Shown: one piece after another, positions 1 through 11,704 of the stretch
Layout of the letters: each line of letters opens with the position of its first letter
How positions within the stretch are numbered: the first letter of the stretch is position 1
From: Hyphochytrium catenoides
Lineage: Eukaryota > Protista > Hyphochytriomycota
Length of the DNA: 64,000 nucleotides
Direction of reading: 5' to 3'
Assembly: GCA_900088475.1 (NCBI GenBank)
Contig: FLMG01002209.1
Coordinates: 2,176-66,175 of the forward strand
Program-made: the position numbers and the translations under genes
The notes under the pieces: model-generated
What the model was told of the DNA's origin: nothing
Databases searched by the model: none
What the model saw: only the letters and a program-made list of their open reading frames with translations

Positions 1-1633
1 TCAACGTTCTCTTTTCCCCTATTTCTAATCTTTCCTTCATAGCTCTGTCGCTCTTCTCCTTGGGTTGCTAGTCCATAATTATCTCTTTCTACTCTCCTCT
101 ATTCACTTAGATTCCTCTCTGGCTGCTTCGCTCATTTCAATAGTTCTCACTCTCTTTGCTGCCTCCCTCTATCGGTCTTTATTGTTATTGCTGGCATTAG
201 TTTCCACTTATAATTTTTCCACCATCGGAGGACGATAAGGTTGGGTTCAGTGCAAAGGGTTTTGGATATAAGGCCGATGGCATATTGAGTCTAGATTGCC
301 CTTCCCTGCCTGAAGCCCTCTGGGGAGGACAAATCTCCTCCTTCCGCCGTCCCGATTGCTTGCAGGAGTCCTACCGGACCTGTCTCTGTTCCTGTTTTTC
401 TCGTTTTGTCCCTCACCGCCCTCTGGTGCGATGGCTTAGACCCAAGTAGCTAATAGGCTCGAGTCCAGTTCTCTACTCCGATAGAAGAGAAAGAACAACG
501 TAGGACTGAGAATTAGCATGAGAAGCAGGCAACTATAAGTATACGAGCTGGATAATGCTGTGGAAAGTAATAGCTTGGGATCAAGGGCAGCTAAGGAGCA
601 CGGCATCTGTAACAGGCCTATCCAGAGACCGTCAGCATTGTGTAGTCCATAGGCTGCAGTAGGAGGCAGCAAGTCTTCTGCAGGAGACAAGAAGAGGCAG
701 GAGGCAAGAGCAGGAAGTCGGAGGTCGGAGCCAGTAGGGCCAGAAGCAACCAAAACGGACTCGAAGTCGAAGTGGGCAGCAGAGGCAGTAGGAAGTAGTA
801 GGACACAAGGAAACAACAAGAAGCATAAGATAGAGGTAGTAAGCCTCCAACCACCTTGCTGCCTGCCGGCTCGTGGTCCTCCCTCCCATTCTTCTCCTGC
901 GGTTGCTACCTCAGGAAGCAGCTGCGCCGAACAGAAGGAATCAAAGGCAGCAGCCGGAGGCAGTAAGGTAACAGCTGAAGACAGAAGGCAGTAGATACCA
1001 GGAACCTGGAAGAAAGGGCACCACCAGGCGCTCGCTCGCTCGCTCTCGTTCTCTGTCAACCTCATCCCGCACTCCACGCAGTCTCCCGGTTCTGAATGAA
1101 GACTCTTTCTTGCCGCTCTCACCCTCGATGCCTCTATCCCTCCTGTTCTCGCCTTTGCGCAGTCTCTCCGTCCACCATCCATTATTCTCTCCACCCAACC
1201 GGGTGAGGTTCTGTACGGCAGGGAAGCTGAGTACGTTGAGGGATCCGGTTCCTCTTGCGCTCTCTCATTCTCTCCCTTCCCTCTCTCTGGGTGAACACTA
1301 ACTTTTCCTGGTCTATATCCATCCAGGAGGAGGCAGCCAAAGAGCGAGAGAGCCTCAGTGAATGAGGTGTCTTTCCATTTCTCTTTCTTCGGTTCTCCCT
1401 CCCTGCTAGATCTATTGTTGAGGACATATGCATGTCTTGAGAAGAGGAAAGAGAGGGGAAAGGAAGAAAGAGAGAGGAGGAAGAGAACGGACGTTTATCT
1501 CTTTTTGTTTCTTCGTCTTCCTGGTACATTTGATCTCTCTCTCTCTTCGTCTTCTCTATTTGCCCGGCCGACGTTCCCCGAGGCAAGAGGGACGAAAGCG
1601 GTTAGGATGAAGAGAAAGAAGACATTAAAGCAG

Positions 1634-2153
1634 TGTAGTGGAAGTGACCCAAGAGGGAGAGAGAGAGAGAGTGAGAAGGTGCTAGTCTGTACCTTGGCTG
1701 GCATCATGGCCTCAGTTCCCGACAAGCACCACACAGTGGAAGATTTCTCGGGAAACCCCGCGAGTAACCAAGTGCCTTTTACTTCAGACAGAAGTTTATT
1801 TACTCCCTTACAGAGGTGAGAAAGAGTCTCCCTTACGAAAGAGTCAGTCTACCTGAGAATGCCAAGATAGAAGTATTGACCTGCGAGAGAGGTTGCGTCA
1901 ACAGGCTCTCCTAACAACATGCAAAGAGAAAGAGAGCAGAAGGTAAAAGAAAGAGATCATTCGCCCTCAGAGCCATTCCTTGACTCTTCGAGTCAGGACT
2001 ACCCGTCCTGAGAGTACTCTCGAAGAGAAGAGGCAGCATCCCATACACCTCTTCTAGGAGAGGCAGCATCCCATACACCGGCCGATCCTCATCCAGCGGA
2101 TCAGGTGGTTGATCAGTAGCTGAGAAGGTGCACATATAACACCCTTCCCCTTT
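1634..2153 (-). mobile_element. Polypurine tract and 3' LTR of the Gypsy element (left boundary approximate)
   Basis: The minus strand reads AAAGGGGAAGGG (2153-2142) directly followed by TGTTATATG (from 2141), the canonical PPT-TG junction. AATAAA lies at 1800-1795 (minus). The terminal CA is uncertain (candidates at 1634 or 1688). Confidence 0.7.
2029..2079. repeat. 21-bp direct repeat AGAGGCAGCATCCCATACACC x2, period 30, inside the LTR
   Basis: Read directly at 2029-2049 and 2059-2079. Confidence 0.9.
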
Positions 2154-2309
2154 AGAATCTTGGCTAGGGAAGAAGCGTAACCAGCGTTAGGACTGTTTAA
2201 TTTCTACGTCTGGTGCCGCGTTTAGCTCTCGTTGAAGCAACTGAGTGGTGGTAGATGTGTTAGTCTTTAACCCCAGGTGAAGGCATCTGTCAGTGCTGTC
2301 CCTACATCG

Positions 2310-2915
2310 CTATTCTGGAACCCAAGAAACCTCTGCCAGATTGAAGCCTTTCCATCTAGCCAAGTATTCCTCGCCAGTCCTAGTGAGAGGTATGTCTAGC
2401 AGCTCTTCTGCATCATACACTAGAGCTTGGGTGGCTGGTTTCACTACCGCGTTGGAGTTGGGGGCGTCCGAGAAGCAAAATGTAGTCCTGCTGTTCTCTA
2501 GCGTGTCTGCTACGCCGAGGGGAAATCCATTCTTCTCTACCTGTTGCCAAGAGTTGGCTGTGATTGCAGCGAGTGCCGCCATCAGAGATATCACTGGTAA
2601 CTATCCATACGCCAAATAGAAAGAAGTGAAGCCAGTAGCGGCGTGCTTCCGACGATGATGCACAACCTCTATTACGTGCAGGTCGCGTTCCCAGTTCGTC
2701 ATCTTGTAGTCCACATAGCAGCGTAAGGCAATCAGCATTGCCTTATTCACGATCTCCGTCTGACCCTCAGTTTGGGGTCTGTGTGACGTCGACATCATGG
2801 CTGGAGAAGTGCGTAACCGTTTCTGAAGCTCGGTCCAGAATGCACTTGTGAACTTGCTGTCGCTGTCTGAGATGATGACTTGTGGGATACCACGATGCTT
2901 TACCACTTCCTTTGA
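2310..2915 (-). mobile_element. Decayed Ty3/Gypsy (chromovirus-type) pol 3' end: integrase core fragment plus chromodomain
   Basis: The translation HRGIPQVIISDSDSKFTSAFW...MSTSHRPQTEGQTEIVNK...LRCYVD...W...HAATGFTSFYLAYG matches the Gypsy integrase core. After an in-frame TAG (2601-2603), YDAEELLD...GEEYLARWKGFNLAEVSWVPE is a chromodomain, ending at another TAG (2310-2312). No RT or RNase H is visible upstream. Confidence 0.9.
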
Positions 2916-4124
2916 GGGAGAGTAGCACCGCGTGTTTGGCTGTCTCCGACTTACTGCAGGGGATGGAATGCCCGTGCCTAGTAAGTTTAGGGTTTGGAGG
3001 AAGGACAGAAAAACACCAGGCAGCATTATTTGGAGGTGCAAAGAAGAAGAGAGAAACAGGGACAAAGAAATAGAGAGATTGCCCTTCCTCCCCGCTCTCC
3101 TCAGTCGTCTCATTAGAGAGGAAAATGCTGTCTGAAAAAGAGACGGTTCAAGCATGACAAGACGTTTTTTCTCGTACAGCACTTGACGAAAGAGGTAAAC
3201 CCTCTTCGGGGGTATACCCAGCTGTCTTCGTTCTTCCCTTTCTTCTTCCTTTTACTGTGCCTGTGGCTCTTTCTCTTTATTCTCCTCATCTCCACATATC
3301 TCTAATCTCCTTCTCCCACACTCATCATCCTTTCCGTCGTCTCCTCGTATCGCCTTCTTAGCCTTCTATGATCCTTCCTTACCCCTCTTTCTTCTCTCTC
3401 TTTCATCCTTCTTGTCATTCCAGATCCTTCATTACCACCGCTCTCTCTCTCTCTCTCTTTTTCTCTCCCTCTCTCTCTCTCTTTCTCTTTCCCGTTCCCT
3501 GGTTCATCTTACTTTCCCGTGGGCCCCGCTCAGACTTCCTTCATCAAATGAAAGGAGAGAAAGTAGTTTTCTCTGCAAAGGTAAGTGGTTGAGGATGGTC
3601 TTCTTCGCCACCGTCTCTTTGCCAGAGACGGTCTGAGCAGGGAGTTCCTCTCTTCCCGATCTGCGTGACGTGAAAGTCTGTGCCTTCTACCTGCCAATGC
3701 TCACATTCAACATTCTTCTTATATTGCTCCCTTCCTGCATTTGAGGTTATAAAATTATGGCCACATAATGCTGCTGCTCCACGATAAGGAAGGGTTCGGT
3801 TTGGAGGAAAGAGAGTAATAGATGTAAGGACTTGGGCCGGCTTGAGATTGACAACGAAAGTAGGGAACAAATATGTCGTAGGTCAAACAACGTGGGAACT
3901 GGGGCTTAGGAAGAAACAGTGCGGGGCTTGTCAGGTAGTGGCTCCGAAAAGGCATGTACACAAGGAGACACAGTGACGTCATGGGAAGGGTGAGAATATA
4001 TGAAATAGAGGAACTGCAGCACGCGCGGAGATAGTTTATGTCATAACCCGCGGACTAGGAGACAATGCTAATTAAGTTGATATGCATTGGTTCGGACTGT
4101 CGTTCCGTAATAGATGCCGCTGCG

Positions 4125-4180
4125 CCTAGGTAGATCTACCACATCTACCAGCTAGTTGTACCTAGGTAGATCTACCAGCT
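4125..4180. repeat. Direct repeat CCTAGGTAGATCTACCA x2, each containing the palindrome GGTAGATCTACC
   Basis: Copies at 4125-4141 and 4161-4177; ATCTACCAGCT also recurs at 4143 and 4170. Confidence 0.85.
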
Positions 4181-5526
4181 GGTCACGTCGTGTCGTCCGA
4201 CGATGCCCGATGGTCGCTATCATTGTCCATCTGTTCCGCCGCTGATCTCCTTGTTGTTCTACCATGGGACTGAGGATTGGAAAAGGAACGATGATTGGCT
4301 GGCGGGTAAGAGAACAAGTGACGAGACGAACAAGTGACGAGACAGAGAAAGAAGAAACGTAGTACGACGGTGAGGGAGAGACAGGCCATATATGGAGTGA
4401 GACAGGGCGCGAATTCTGCTTCTTGCTCTCTCTCTCTCTCTCTCTCTTTCTTCCCAATTATATTCTCCGTCTCGCCCTCGCTAGGGCTCTCTCCTTCTCG
4501 GTCTAAGCTCGTTCTTCTCGATAGGTTCTACGATTCTCTGCTCGATTGTCTCCCATAGGCAATGATGTCTTTGGTGCCATTATTTGTGTCGCTTCTCGTT
4601 CGTTGTTTTGAGTCTGGCTCTCTCCCTGTGAATTCTACGGTGATAATCTCCCCTTGTCTTCCTTCACCTTTCCTTTCGCTGTTTTTCGTTCTTTCGCTCT
4701 GTCTCTCTCTCCCTCTATATTTCTTACTCCTGTCCTTCTCTCTCTTTCTCTCTCCCTCTCACTAAATTCTCTTTGCTTGCCGTTCTCTCTCCCTGCTCTC
4801 ATTTGCCGGCTGTTCCGGGCTCTGGGGTTTCATGGAAACCGAAAAAAGGAGAGAAAGAACAGAAAAAAGCGGCGAGCGGGAGGAAGAAAGTGATGCGCTG
4901 CTGAAGACGTAGTAGGGAAGGTGGAGATAGAAGAAAAGAAAGAGTTACGGGCTGCTCTTATTATATTCATCCATAGCAATAACGAATGAAGACTTGATTA
5001 TAGGTCTTCCTTCTCCTTCTCTCTCACCACAAAAGAGACGCGTGGATTCGAGCGACCCACTAGGCAGAGGACACACGAAAAAGAGATGCTATAGCTCATT
5101 TTGACACTCTGCTATAATATATTTATATCTCTCTATTCTCTTCCCTCTTTTTTCCTCATTGGCCCTCTTTCCCCTGCTTATCTCTTCGGTTTCTCAGTCT
5201 TTCCCTTCTGTTTCTCCCCCTTTCTCTTTCTCTACCATGTTTCTTTGCATTCAGCCAGGTCTCGCTTACTATAGGCTTCCTAACTTCCGTTACAGCTCTC
5301 TATCGCTCGCCTGATCCTCTTCATTCAACGCAAATCAGGGTCTCCACTGTCTCTCTCTAGCCGTTCGTCCATCGGTGAGAGCATTTGACGCCTTATCGCA
5401 CAGGCAGGGAGACCGCCAAGAGGAGGGAGAGAGAGACGTCACAAAGAGAGAGACGCCACAAGGAGAGAAAAGAGAATAATAAAGACAAGGCAAACAGTAT
5501 AGTTAACAGCGAGGAGGGAAAAAGGG

Positions 5527-7212
5527 ATGGAGCATTATCGAGTGCAATATCGCTGTCTTCTTCTGAAAAAAACTGTTTCGGCCACTTCCTCTATCTCCTA
5601 TAACTCTCCTCTCTGTTTGTCACTGCTCCTTCTGCTTCTCATTTGTTCTCTAACTGGGAAAAATGTGACAGCAAAGACGACTTCTTCGTCTCCTTCTTCC
5701 TCTTCTTCATCTCCTTCTCTGTCTGTCTCTTTCCTTACTCGTTTGGCAGGAAGTGCCGCGACAGCTGAGACTTCTCATCATCGTGCCCAGCGGTCCTTAG
5801 AGACCTCTTCGCTCTCTCTAGCTTCTCCTGCTGAAGAGAGATACAAGGAAGAGCAAAACACTGAGGAAACACAGCCGCCGACAAAGAGAGAGGAGGAGCA
5901 GGAGAAGAGAAGAGGAAGAAACAGGAATCTGGCGTCTTTCAACAAGGATACGAGGCATCTCCGCTTCTATTCTGCTGGGGATGTGATGATTGAAGTGACG
6001 CCGCAGTCTCGAGCCTCTGGGATAAGTGGCACCGAGAGGAGAAGAAGAAGGCTGCTTCTCTCCTTTTTAACTAAGCAGCGGCATTCCGGACAACGCAGAG
6101 CTTCTCCTGCTGCTCCCTGGTCTCGCTCGCTGACAAAACCATTGAAGAGCTTAGGAGAAGGCTTCAAAGATCTGCCGTCCTACATAAGTCGGCTTACAGG
6201 CAGCAACAGGGGCAATGCTCCTTTAAAAAAGATTATCACGGAAGAAATCCCTTCTCCTAAACCGAGAGGCAGCAATGTGAGTCCAGACTTTGACCAGAAG
6301 GTGGCAAGCTTAATTGGCAGACTCCTGCGACAGCAGTCATTAGTAGGGACACAAGGAGACATAGGTAACCCTAAGCGAAACTACAATGAGAACGCGGCAG
6401 AGGATGGAGCCTCGGTTTTGAAGGCAAGGGAGGGAGAAGAAGACGGNNNNNNNNNNNNNNNNNNNNNNNNNNNNNNNNNNNNNNNNNNNNNNNNNNNNNN
6501 NNNNNNNNNNNNNNNNNNNNNNNNNNNNNNNNNNNNNNNNNNNNNNNNNNAGCTAATTGGTGACAGCTTCTGGCACGGACTCTCTAACACGCGGAGCACT
6601 CTCCTCAAGAGCTGTAGGGATATGATCCCGCCGATGGAGCGACTGGATCTCTTGATTAGCGTCATTAAAAGTAGAAACCAGAATGACGGTCGGGTCTCAG
6701 TCTATGAAACAGAGCTCCACGACATGCTCTCGTTGGAAACAAGATCACCATCTGCTATGCGAGCTGTCCACGACGCAAAAGGTCCCAATAAGGAACTGAA
6801 GACGCAAAGAAGTGGGGACGATGGCGTGAGAATAGAAGGAGAAGCTTCTAACCTGCAGAAGGAAGTTCCTCAGATGGCTCAGGAGTCCAACGTGGAAGAC
6901 GTTATAAAAGCGGAGATTAAGCTCGCGATAAGCAGTATAATGGACGAGATCGTTGAGATTATGTACCCACCCTCACGGACGATCTGGAAGAAGCTCTTGA
7001 AAGGACCAACCCTAATGGAGAAGAGAAGGCGTCGGAAGAGAGCTGAAGTTCTGAAGGTTCATCTGACGGAGCAGCTCGTGAGCCTCAACCCAAAAATGCT
7101 GGGATTGACGGTCCTCCTACTTCCAGGCCTCAATGAGGCGGAGCTCATTGGGCTTATGGTGGACAGAGCCATCCTGGAAAGACGGAAGAAAAAGAAGGAA
7201 GTACAGACGTAA
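5527..7212 (+). CDS. Predicted secreted protein, RxLR-EER-like effector candidate (paralog A)
   Basis: Single 561-codon ORF; frame across the gap 6447-6550 is assumed. Hydrophobic stretch LCLSLLLLLLICSL at aa ~29-42, RSLE at aa 89-92, EER at aa 103-105, RHLR at aa 143-146, basic NLS-like KRRRRKR and RRKKKK. The C-terminal domain resembles that of the ORF at 10598. Confidence 0.75.
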   Translation: MEHYRVQYRCLLLKKTVSATSSISYNSPLCLSLLLLLLICSLTGKNVTAKTTSSSPSSSSSSPSLSVSFLTRLAGSAATAETSHHRAQRSLETSSLSLASPAEERYKEEQNTEETQPPTKREEEQEKRRGRNRNLASFNKDTRHLRFYSAGDVMIEVTPQSRASGISGTERRRRRLLLSFLTKQRHSGQRRASPAAPWSRSLTKPLKSLGEGFKDLPSYISRLTGSNRGNAPLKKIITEEIPSPKPRGSNVSPDFDQKVASLIGRLLRQQSLVGTQGDIGNPKRNYNENAAEDGASVLKAREGEEDXXXXXXXXXXXXXXXXXXXXXXXXXXXXXXXXXXXXLIGDSFWHGLSNTRSTLLKSCRDMIPPMERLDLLISVIKSRNQNDGRVSVYETELHDMLSLETRSPSAMRAVHDAKGPNKELKTQRSGDDGVRIEGEASNLQKEVPQMAQESNVEDVIKAEIKLAISSIMDEIVEIMYPPSRTIWKKLLKGPTLMEKRRRRKRAEVLKVHLTEQLVSLNPKMLGLTVLLLPGLNEAELIGLMVDRAILERRKKKKEVQT

Positions 7213-7655
7213 TGGTAACGATGAAAGCTTTTCGAAGGACGAGAAGAAGAAGAGAAGAGTAACGGCTGTCAGAGAAGAAGATCATACTATGCGCTTCTTC
7301 GTTCGTTGGTTCTCATCATTTCACGCAATGGAAGAAAACCGTTTCTCTTCTTTCCTATGATGCCACCCTACATCCAATCCCCTGCTTCCTCTCTCGTGCT
7401 CCCTTTCCTTTTCTCTCTCTCTGTTTATCTTCTCGCTTTGTCACTAACTATGTGTTTTCAATATATCATTCTTTGTACCAGTCTGCTTCTTTGGTCCAGG
7501 TTGTTCTTCATCTGTTGCACTCTTGTTTATATGAATATCACTAGGGCACCCCTTTCCCCTGTTATTCTTTTCTTTCTCTTCCTAGATCTAGGAATACTCT
7601 CTCTCTTTCTCTTTCTCTCACTTTCTCTCTCTTTCTCTCTCTCTTTCTCTCTCTT

Positions 7656-7696
<41 letters not shown>

Positions 7697-8661
7697 CTCT
7701 CCTATCTGTTTCTATCTTCCTCTATCTCCCAGTGCGTGCCCTTTGCGCTCAGGTTACAGGTCGGACTTTGGCAGATCTCCTTCCCTCTTTGATCCCTCCG
7801 TCGCCATAGCTCGTGTAGTCCTCCTTCCCCTTGCACTCTCCTTCCCTTCTCTACTATGGCAGGCAAAAAGTTGTTTGCACTTCTCTCCGCTACTAATGGT
7901 TTTATCTGTTCCTCCTCTTCAAGTTATAGAGCGATCTTGTCTCAGTTAGCCCCTACGCCTCATATTGCATTGAGTCTCGGAGGGTGTTATTTTTGTCGCA
8001 GTTACGTCTCCTCTCTTTCTCTTTTCTCTTTTTACCTCTCCTCTCTTTCTCTCTTCTCTTTTTACCTCTCCTCTCTTTCCTATCGCTCTTCTGCTGCTCT
8101 CCCCTCTCTTCGTCTTGCCACTTCGTTCACTCTCTATCCTATGCTGTTTCTCACTTTGAGAGAGCTTCTCGTCGTCTCTCGTAGACTATTTCTTTACCAT
8201 GGTTCAGCATGAGATCCTTCTGGAAGGCTACAGAGCCTTTGCAGTGAAGGAGCTACTTTCCACTGCCCGCGGTGTCTGGCAACTGTCTCTTTCTTCCTCC
8301 TCTTTTCTTCTTGTTCCTCTTTAAGGTCTTATCCCTTCTTCTTCAACGATTAACGCTTATTGGTTGTACAAGCAGACCTAGCAATGGGTCTATCGGACTT
8401 CACTTCTGCCTTGTGCCGCGTCCTTCTTCCTGCTTTCTCTTCCGCGTGCGGCTCTGGTTGATCTTTCTTTGACTTCTTGAACTGACTGTTTGACTGGCAA
8501 GGACGCGCTAGGCCGTCACACCGCACGAAGCTGGATGATACACCGAAGAGCATCGTGAGCGATTCGAAGGAGGATGAGGGTCGTCTCCTCCGCCATCTCC
8601 TCTCTTCTAAATTTCTATGTTCTGCCAACCGTTGCGCTTTATTTACTTCCGGAGTATAGAC

Positions 8662-8792
8662 TAATAGCTTAAGGTAGAGAGTCCTTCACCTTAATAGCTT
8701 AAGATAGAGAGTCCTTCACCTTCAGACTTTGGCTCAATGACAATCGTGGCAAGTCGGCTGAACACGTACTGAAGACAAGTCGACTGAACACT
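8662..8792. repeat. Two short tandem duplications: TAATAGCTTAAGRTAGAGAGTCCTTCACCT x2 and CAAGTCGRCTGAACAC x2
   Basis: Read directly at about 8662-8722 and 8750-8791. Confidence 0.8.
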
Positions 8793-9520
8793 AAGGCCTG
8801 TAGCCTTACTGAGTTATGATTGACCAGCCAGCTTTAGTCGACCTCCGTTCCACTTACTTACACCGACAAGGACAGGGCGGAGCCTGCAGAGTATTTTCTC
8901 TCTTCTCTGGTCCTGGAACCTCGGCCCATCGGCGAACAAACAATAGGAGAGCGCTATTTGACATTCTTTCTTCGTTAACACGTTAGTTACTAGTATTACG
9001 CAGAAGAGAAGGAGGAGAAATAAAGAAGAAGAAAGACGAAGAAGAAGAAGAGACAACAAGAGCTACAAAGCCTTGGCCTTCAGATCAATGTGTTCCACAC
9101 TCACTCCTTGTCAGAAAAGGAAGAATCATAGCTGGCTTTCTCAGTGATGATGATACGACGAGGAGAAGAAAGAGGAGGAGATGACCAAGCGCAGACGACA
9201 TTGTCATCAATCAGAAAAGGGTTCAGCTGCTGGAGAGGAAGGCTTAGTTAACGAGGTGCCCACTTTCATATTCTATGTCACCGCAGGTCTTGAAGAATAG
9301 GAGTGGTACTGAACTACCATTAGGATCGTCTAATGATTGAAGAGAGGACTGGAACCACTTTGACGTCCATAAAAGCCCCTGACAGGCAACAGAGAGGAGC
9401 GAGAGGAAGACATAAGCGACAGCAAAGAGAGACGCACGAGAGAAAGCGAGCTGAGACAGGGAGGGAGGAGTGATGAGAGAGAGTGAGAGAGAACTGAGAC
9501 AGGAGAGAGTGAGGAAATGG

Positions 9521-9554
<34 letters not shown>

Positions 9555-10597
9555 AAGAGACAAAAAGAGAGAGATAGAACAGAGAGAGAGAGTGAGCGCA
9601 GAGAATAGTCCTAAGATTACCAAGTGCGGGCATTATTATAGTAGAGGCTCAGTACAGGTTCATTATTGAAGAAACAGAACTAGAAATAGAAGATAGGTGG
9701 TGGAAAGAACCGCTTTCTTTTTTCTCTGAAGGAATCAATCGTCTATGTCAACATCAGGGGGCAGCCCATGTGCCTCGCTCCTCTCTCTCCTCCCCTCTCC
9801 TACCAGAGCTCCTCCCAGGATCCACTGACCGTGATGAGCTTACCAAGCAAGGGAGATAAACAAAGCGGTAGTTCTCATCCCATTCTTAGTCTTTATCCTT
9901 GTTCTCCTTCCGTCGTGCTTGCTCCCTTGTCGGAGGCAGTCAGTCTCTCTTCTTTCTCCTCCTTGTTGCACTCTTCCCTATTTCCCTTTCTCGCTCTTCT
10001 CTCTCATCATACCTCTTTAGGGCCTCGTAAGTGTCCTCTTCCTCGTGCGGCTAACTTCACCATCGCTGGTATCTGATGTACGAGCTCCTCCCGAGTGAGG
10101 ACACGCTGCTCTTTTTCCTTCATTATCCCCGGCGAATGGACATTCTTCTCTTCTCTTTTCTTTCGCATTTTACCTGCATCCTTAGAGGTTCGCCATCAAA
10201 AGATGCGAGGTGTACTGAAAGATAAGAGCTAGGGAAACAAGCTCTAGAGAGATGACAACGCATTTGTCTTCATCTTCTTTTCTTTCTCTCATCATTCTGT
10301 TCTCTCTCTTAATTACGCTGATCCCTGCTTCCATTCTCTCTCCTGTCGGTCTGGACTCGTTCTAGCAACTCGAGATGTATGCCGCTTCCTTAGTCCTCTT
10401 TCTGTCATGTCCTTCTTCCCCCTCTCTCTCTTTCATAAAAAAGCATCTTTCCCTTTCCCACTCTCTTGCCTCTCATCGCTCGATGGGCTTCGTCTCACTA
10501 GCGTAACATCCTTCTCTCTCTCTGTTCCCTTGTTAATATATCCTCCTCCTGAAAATGTAGATGTCCGTTCCGTTCTCCCTCTAAGAGAGGCCCAGGG

Positions 10598-11704
10598 ATG
10601 ATGCATCGGGTTTCCTCTCACAACAGGGTTTTCCTGATAAGTGGCAAACTCCAGAGAGCAATGATGTCCGCTCACCGTCAATCTCTGTGTGCCAAAGGCG
10701 CACTCTCACGACGGTGTCGGCCCTCGTTTCTCGTCTCTTCTCCGACGGTATTTGTCCTGTCGCTCTGCCTCTTTGTCGTGCTCTTGTCAAGCGTTAAAGC
10801 AGCTGCTAAAGGTGTTGAACGGGTAGAAGCTGCCTCTGGATCTCAGGCCCTTGCTCTTTCGGACTCCCTCTCTGCTACTCTTCGCAGGGGAGATGTGCCT
10901 GTCTCTCTTTCAGACAATGCCCTTAGAACGAGACGGATGAGGGAAGAAGTAGAGACCATCCCACGACGCAAAGTGGGAGAAGAAGGAAGCGCAGCTGCAA
11001 GAAATCGAGGACCTGGTATCCCGACGGTCCGAGACACCGCCAGCAAGAATTACGCCATAGCCAACAAAGCGANNNNNNNNNNNNNNNNNNNNNNNNNNNN
11101 NNNNNNNNNNNNNNNNNNNNTGAAATCTATGCCTTATCTTGGCAAGCTTCTTGGTCTTCGCGAGCCCAGCCATAAATCGGGCATCGCCCCTATCAGCGGA
11201 ATCTTCGGGGGCCGAAGTATACCTCTTTCAAGGCCGAAAAGCACAGCAGGAAGAATGGCTTCCCACAAGAGGCTGGCTTTACCCGCGGAACAAGAGCTTT
11301 TGGAGCTCGAGATAGGCAACCTCAAGAGTTCGAAGAAAAAGTTTACCTATGAGGACATTCGTAGCCTTCTATCGCTGGATAATGGCGTCGCCTACGCCAC
11401 CCCAAGAAAGGGAAAGGACTTCTATCCTCAAGCTACGAGTCTGATTAATCACCTTATCAAGGAGTTTATGGCGCCTCAGCCACCGTCGTCGTCATCGCCC
11501 CTCGCTACGGTGCAGAACCTCCTCAAGCCAGACAAAGCGACGGTGCTCAGGAAGCGCCTCGAGATGGAGCTGTCCAGCCTCAGCCCGCAATTAGCGCCCC
11601 AAGCAATCAAAGACGCCGTGCAGGAGGCTATCAAGATTGAACGAAAGAAGCTACTTAGCAACAGCGCGGACCAGCAGAGGAAGGACTCCGGGGGAGAACA
11701 TTAA
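10598..11704 (+). CDS. Predicted secreted protein, RxLR-like effector candidate (paralog B)
   Basis: 368-codon ORF spanning the gap 11073-11120. Hydrophobic VFVLSLCLFVVLLSS with a VKA-A cleavage-like site at aa ~68, RRMR-EE at aa 112-117. KATVLRKRLEMELSSLSPQL aligns with RAEVLKVHLTEQLVSLNPKM in paralog A. Confidence 0.72.
   Translation: MMHRVSSHNRVFLISGKLQRAMMSAHRQSLCAKGALSRRCRPSFLVSSPTVFVLSLCLFVVLLSSVKAAAKGVERVEAASGSQALALSDSLSATLRRGDVPVSLSDNALRTRRMREEVETIPRRKVGEEGSAAARNRGPGIPTVRDTASKNYAIANKAXXXXXXXXXXXXXXXXXKSMPYLGKLLGLREPSHKSGIAPISGIFGGRSIPLSRPKSTAGRMASHKRLALPAEQELLELEIGNLKSSKKKFTYEDIRSLLSLDNGVAYATPRKGKDFYPQATSLINHLIKEFMAPQPPSSSSPLATVQNLLKPDKATVLRKRLEMELSSLSPQLAPQAIKDAVQEAIKIERKKLLSNSADQQRKDSGGEH

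Noticed and set aside
5094-5110. GCTCATTTTGACACTCT resembling the oomycete INR-FPR core promoter
   Set aside because: Only a partial match, ~420 nt from the ATG; not distinguishable from chance without TSS data.
7306-8212. Hydrophobic 'membrane protein' ORFs rich in LSLSL, and similar LS/ER-repeat ORFs at 60.2-64 kb
   Set aside because: They are translation artefacts of CT/GA microsatellites.
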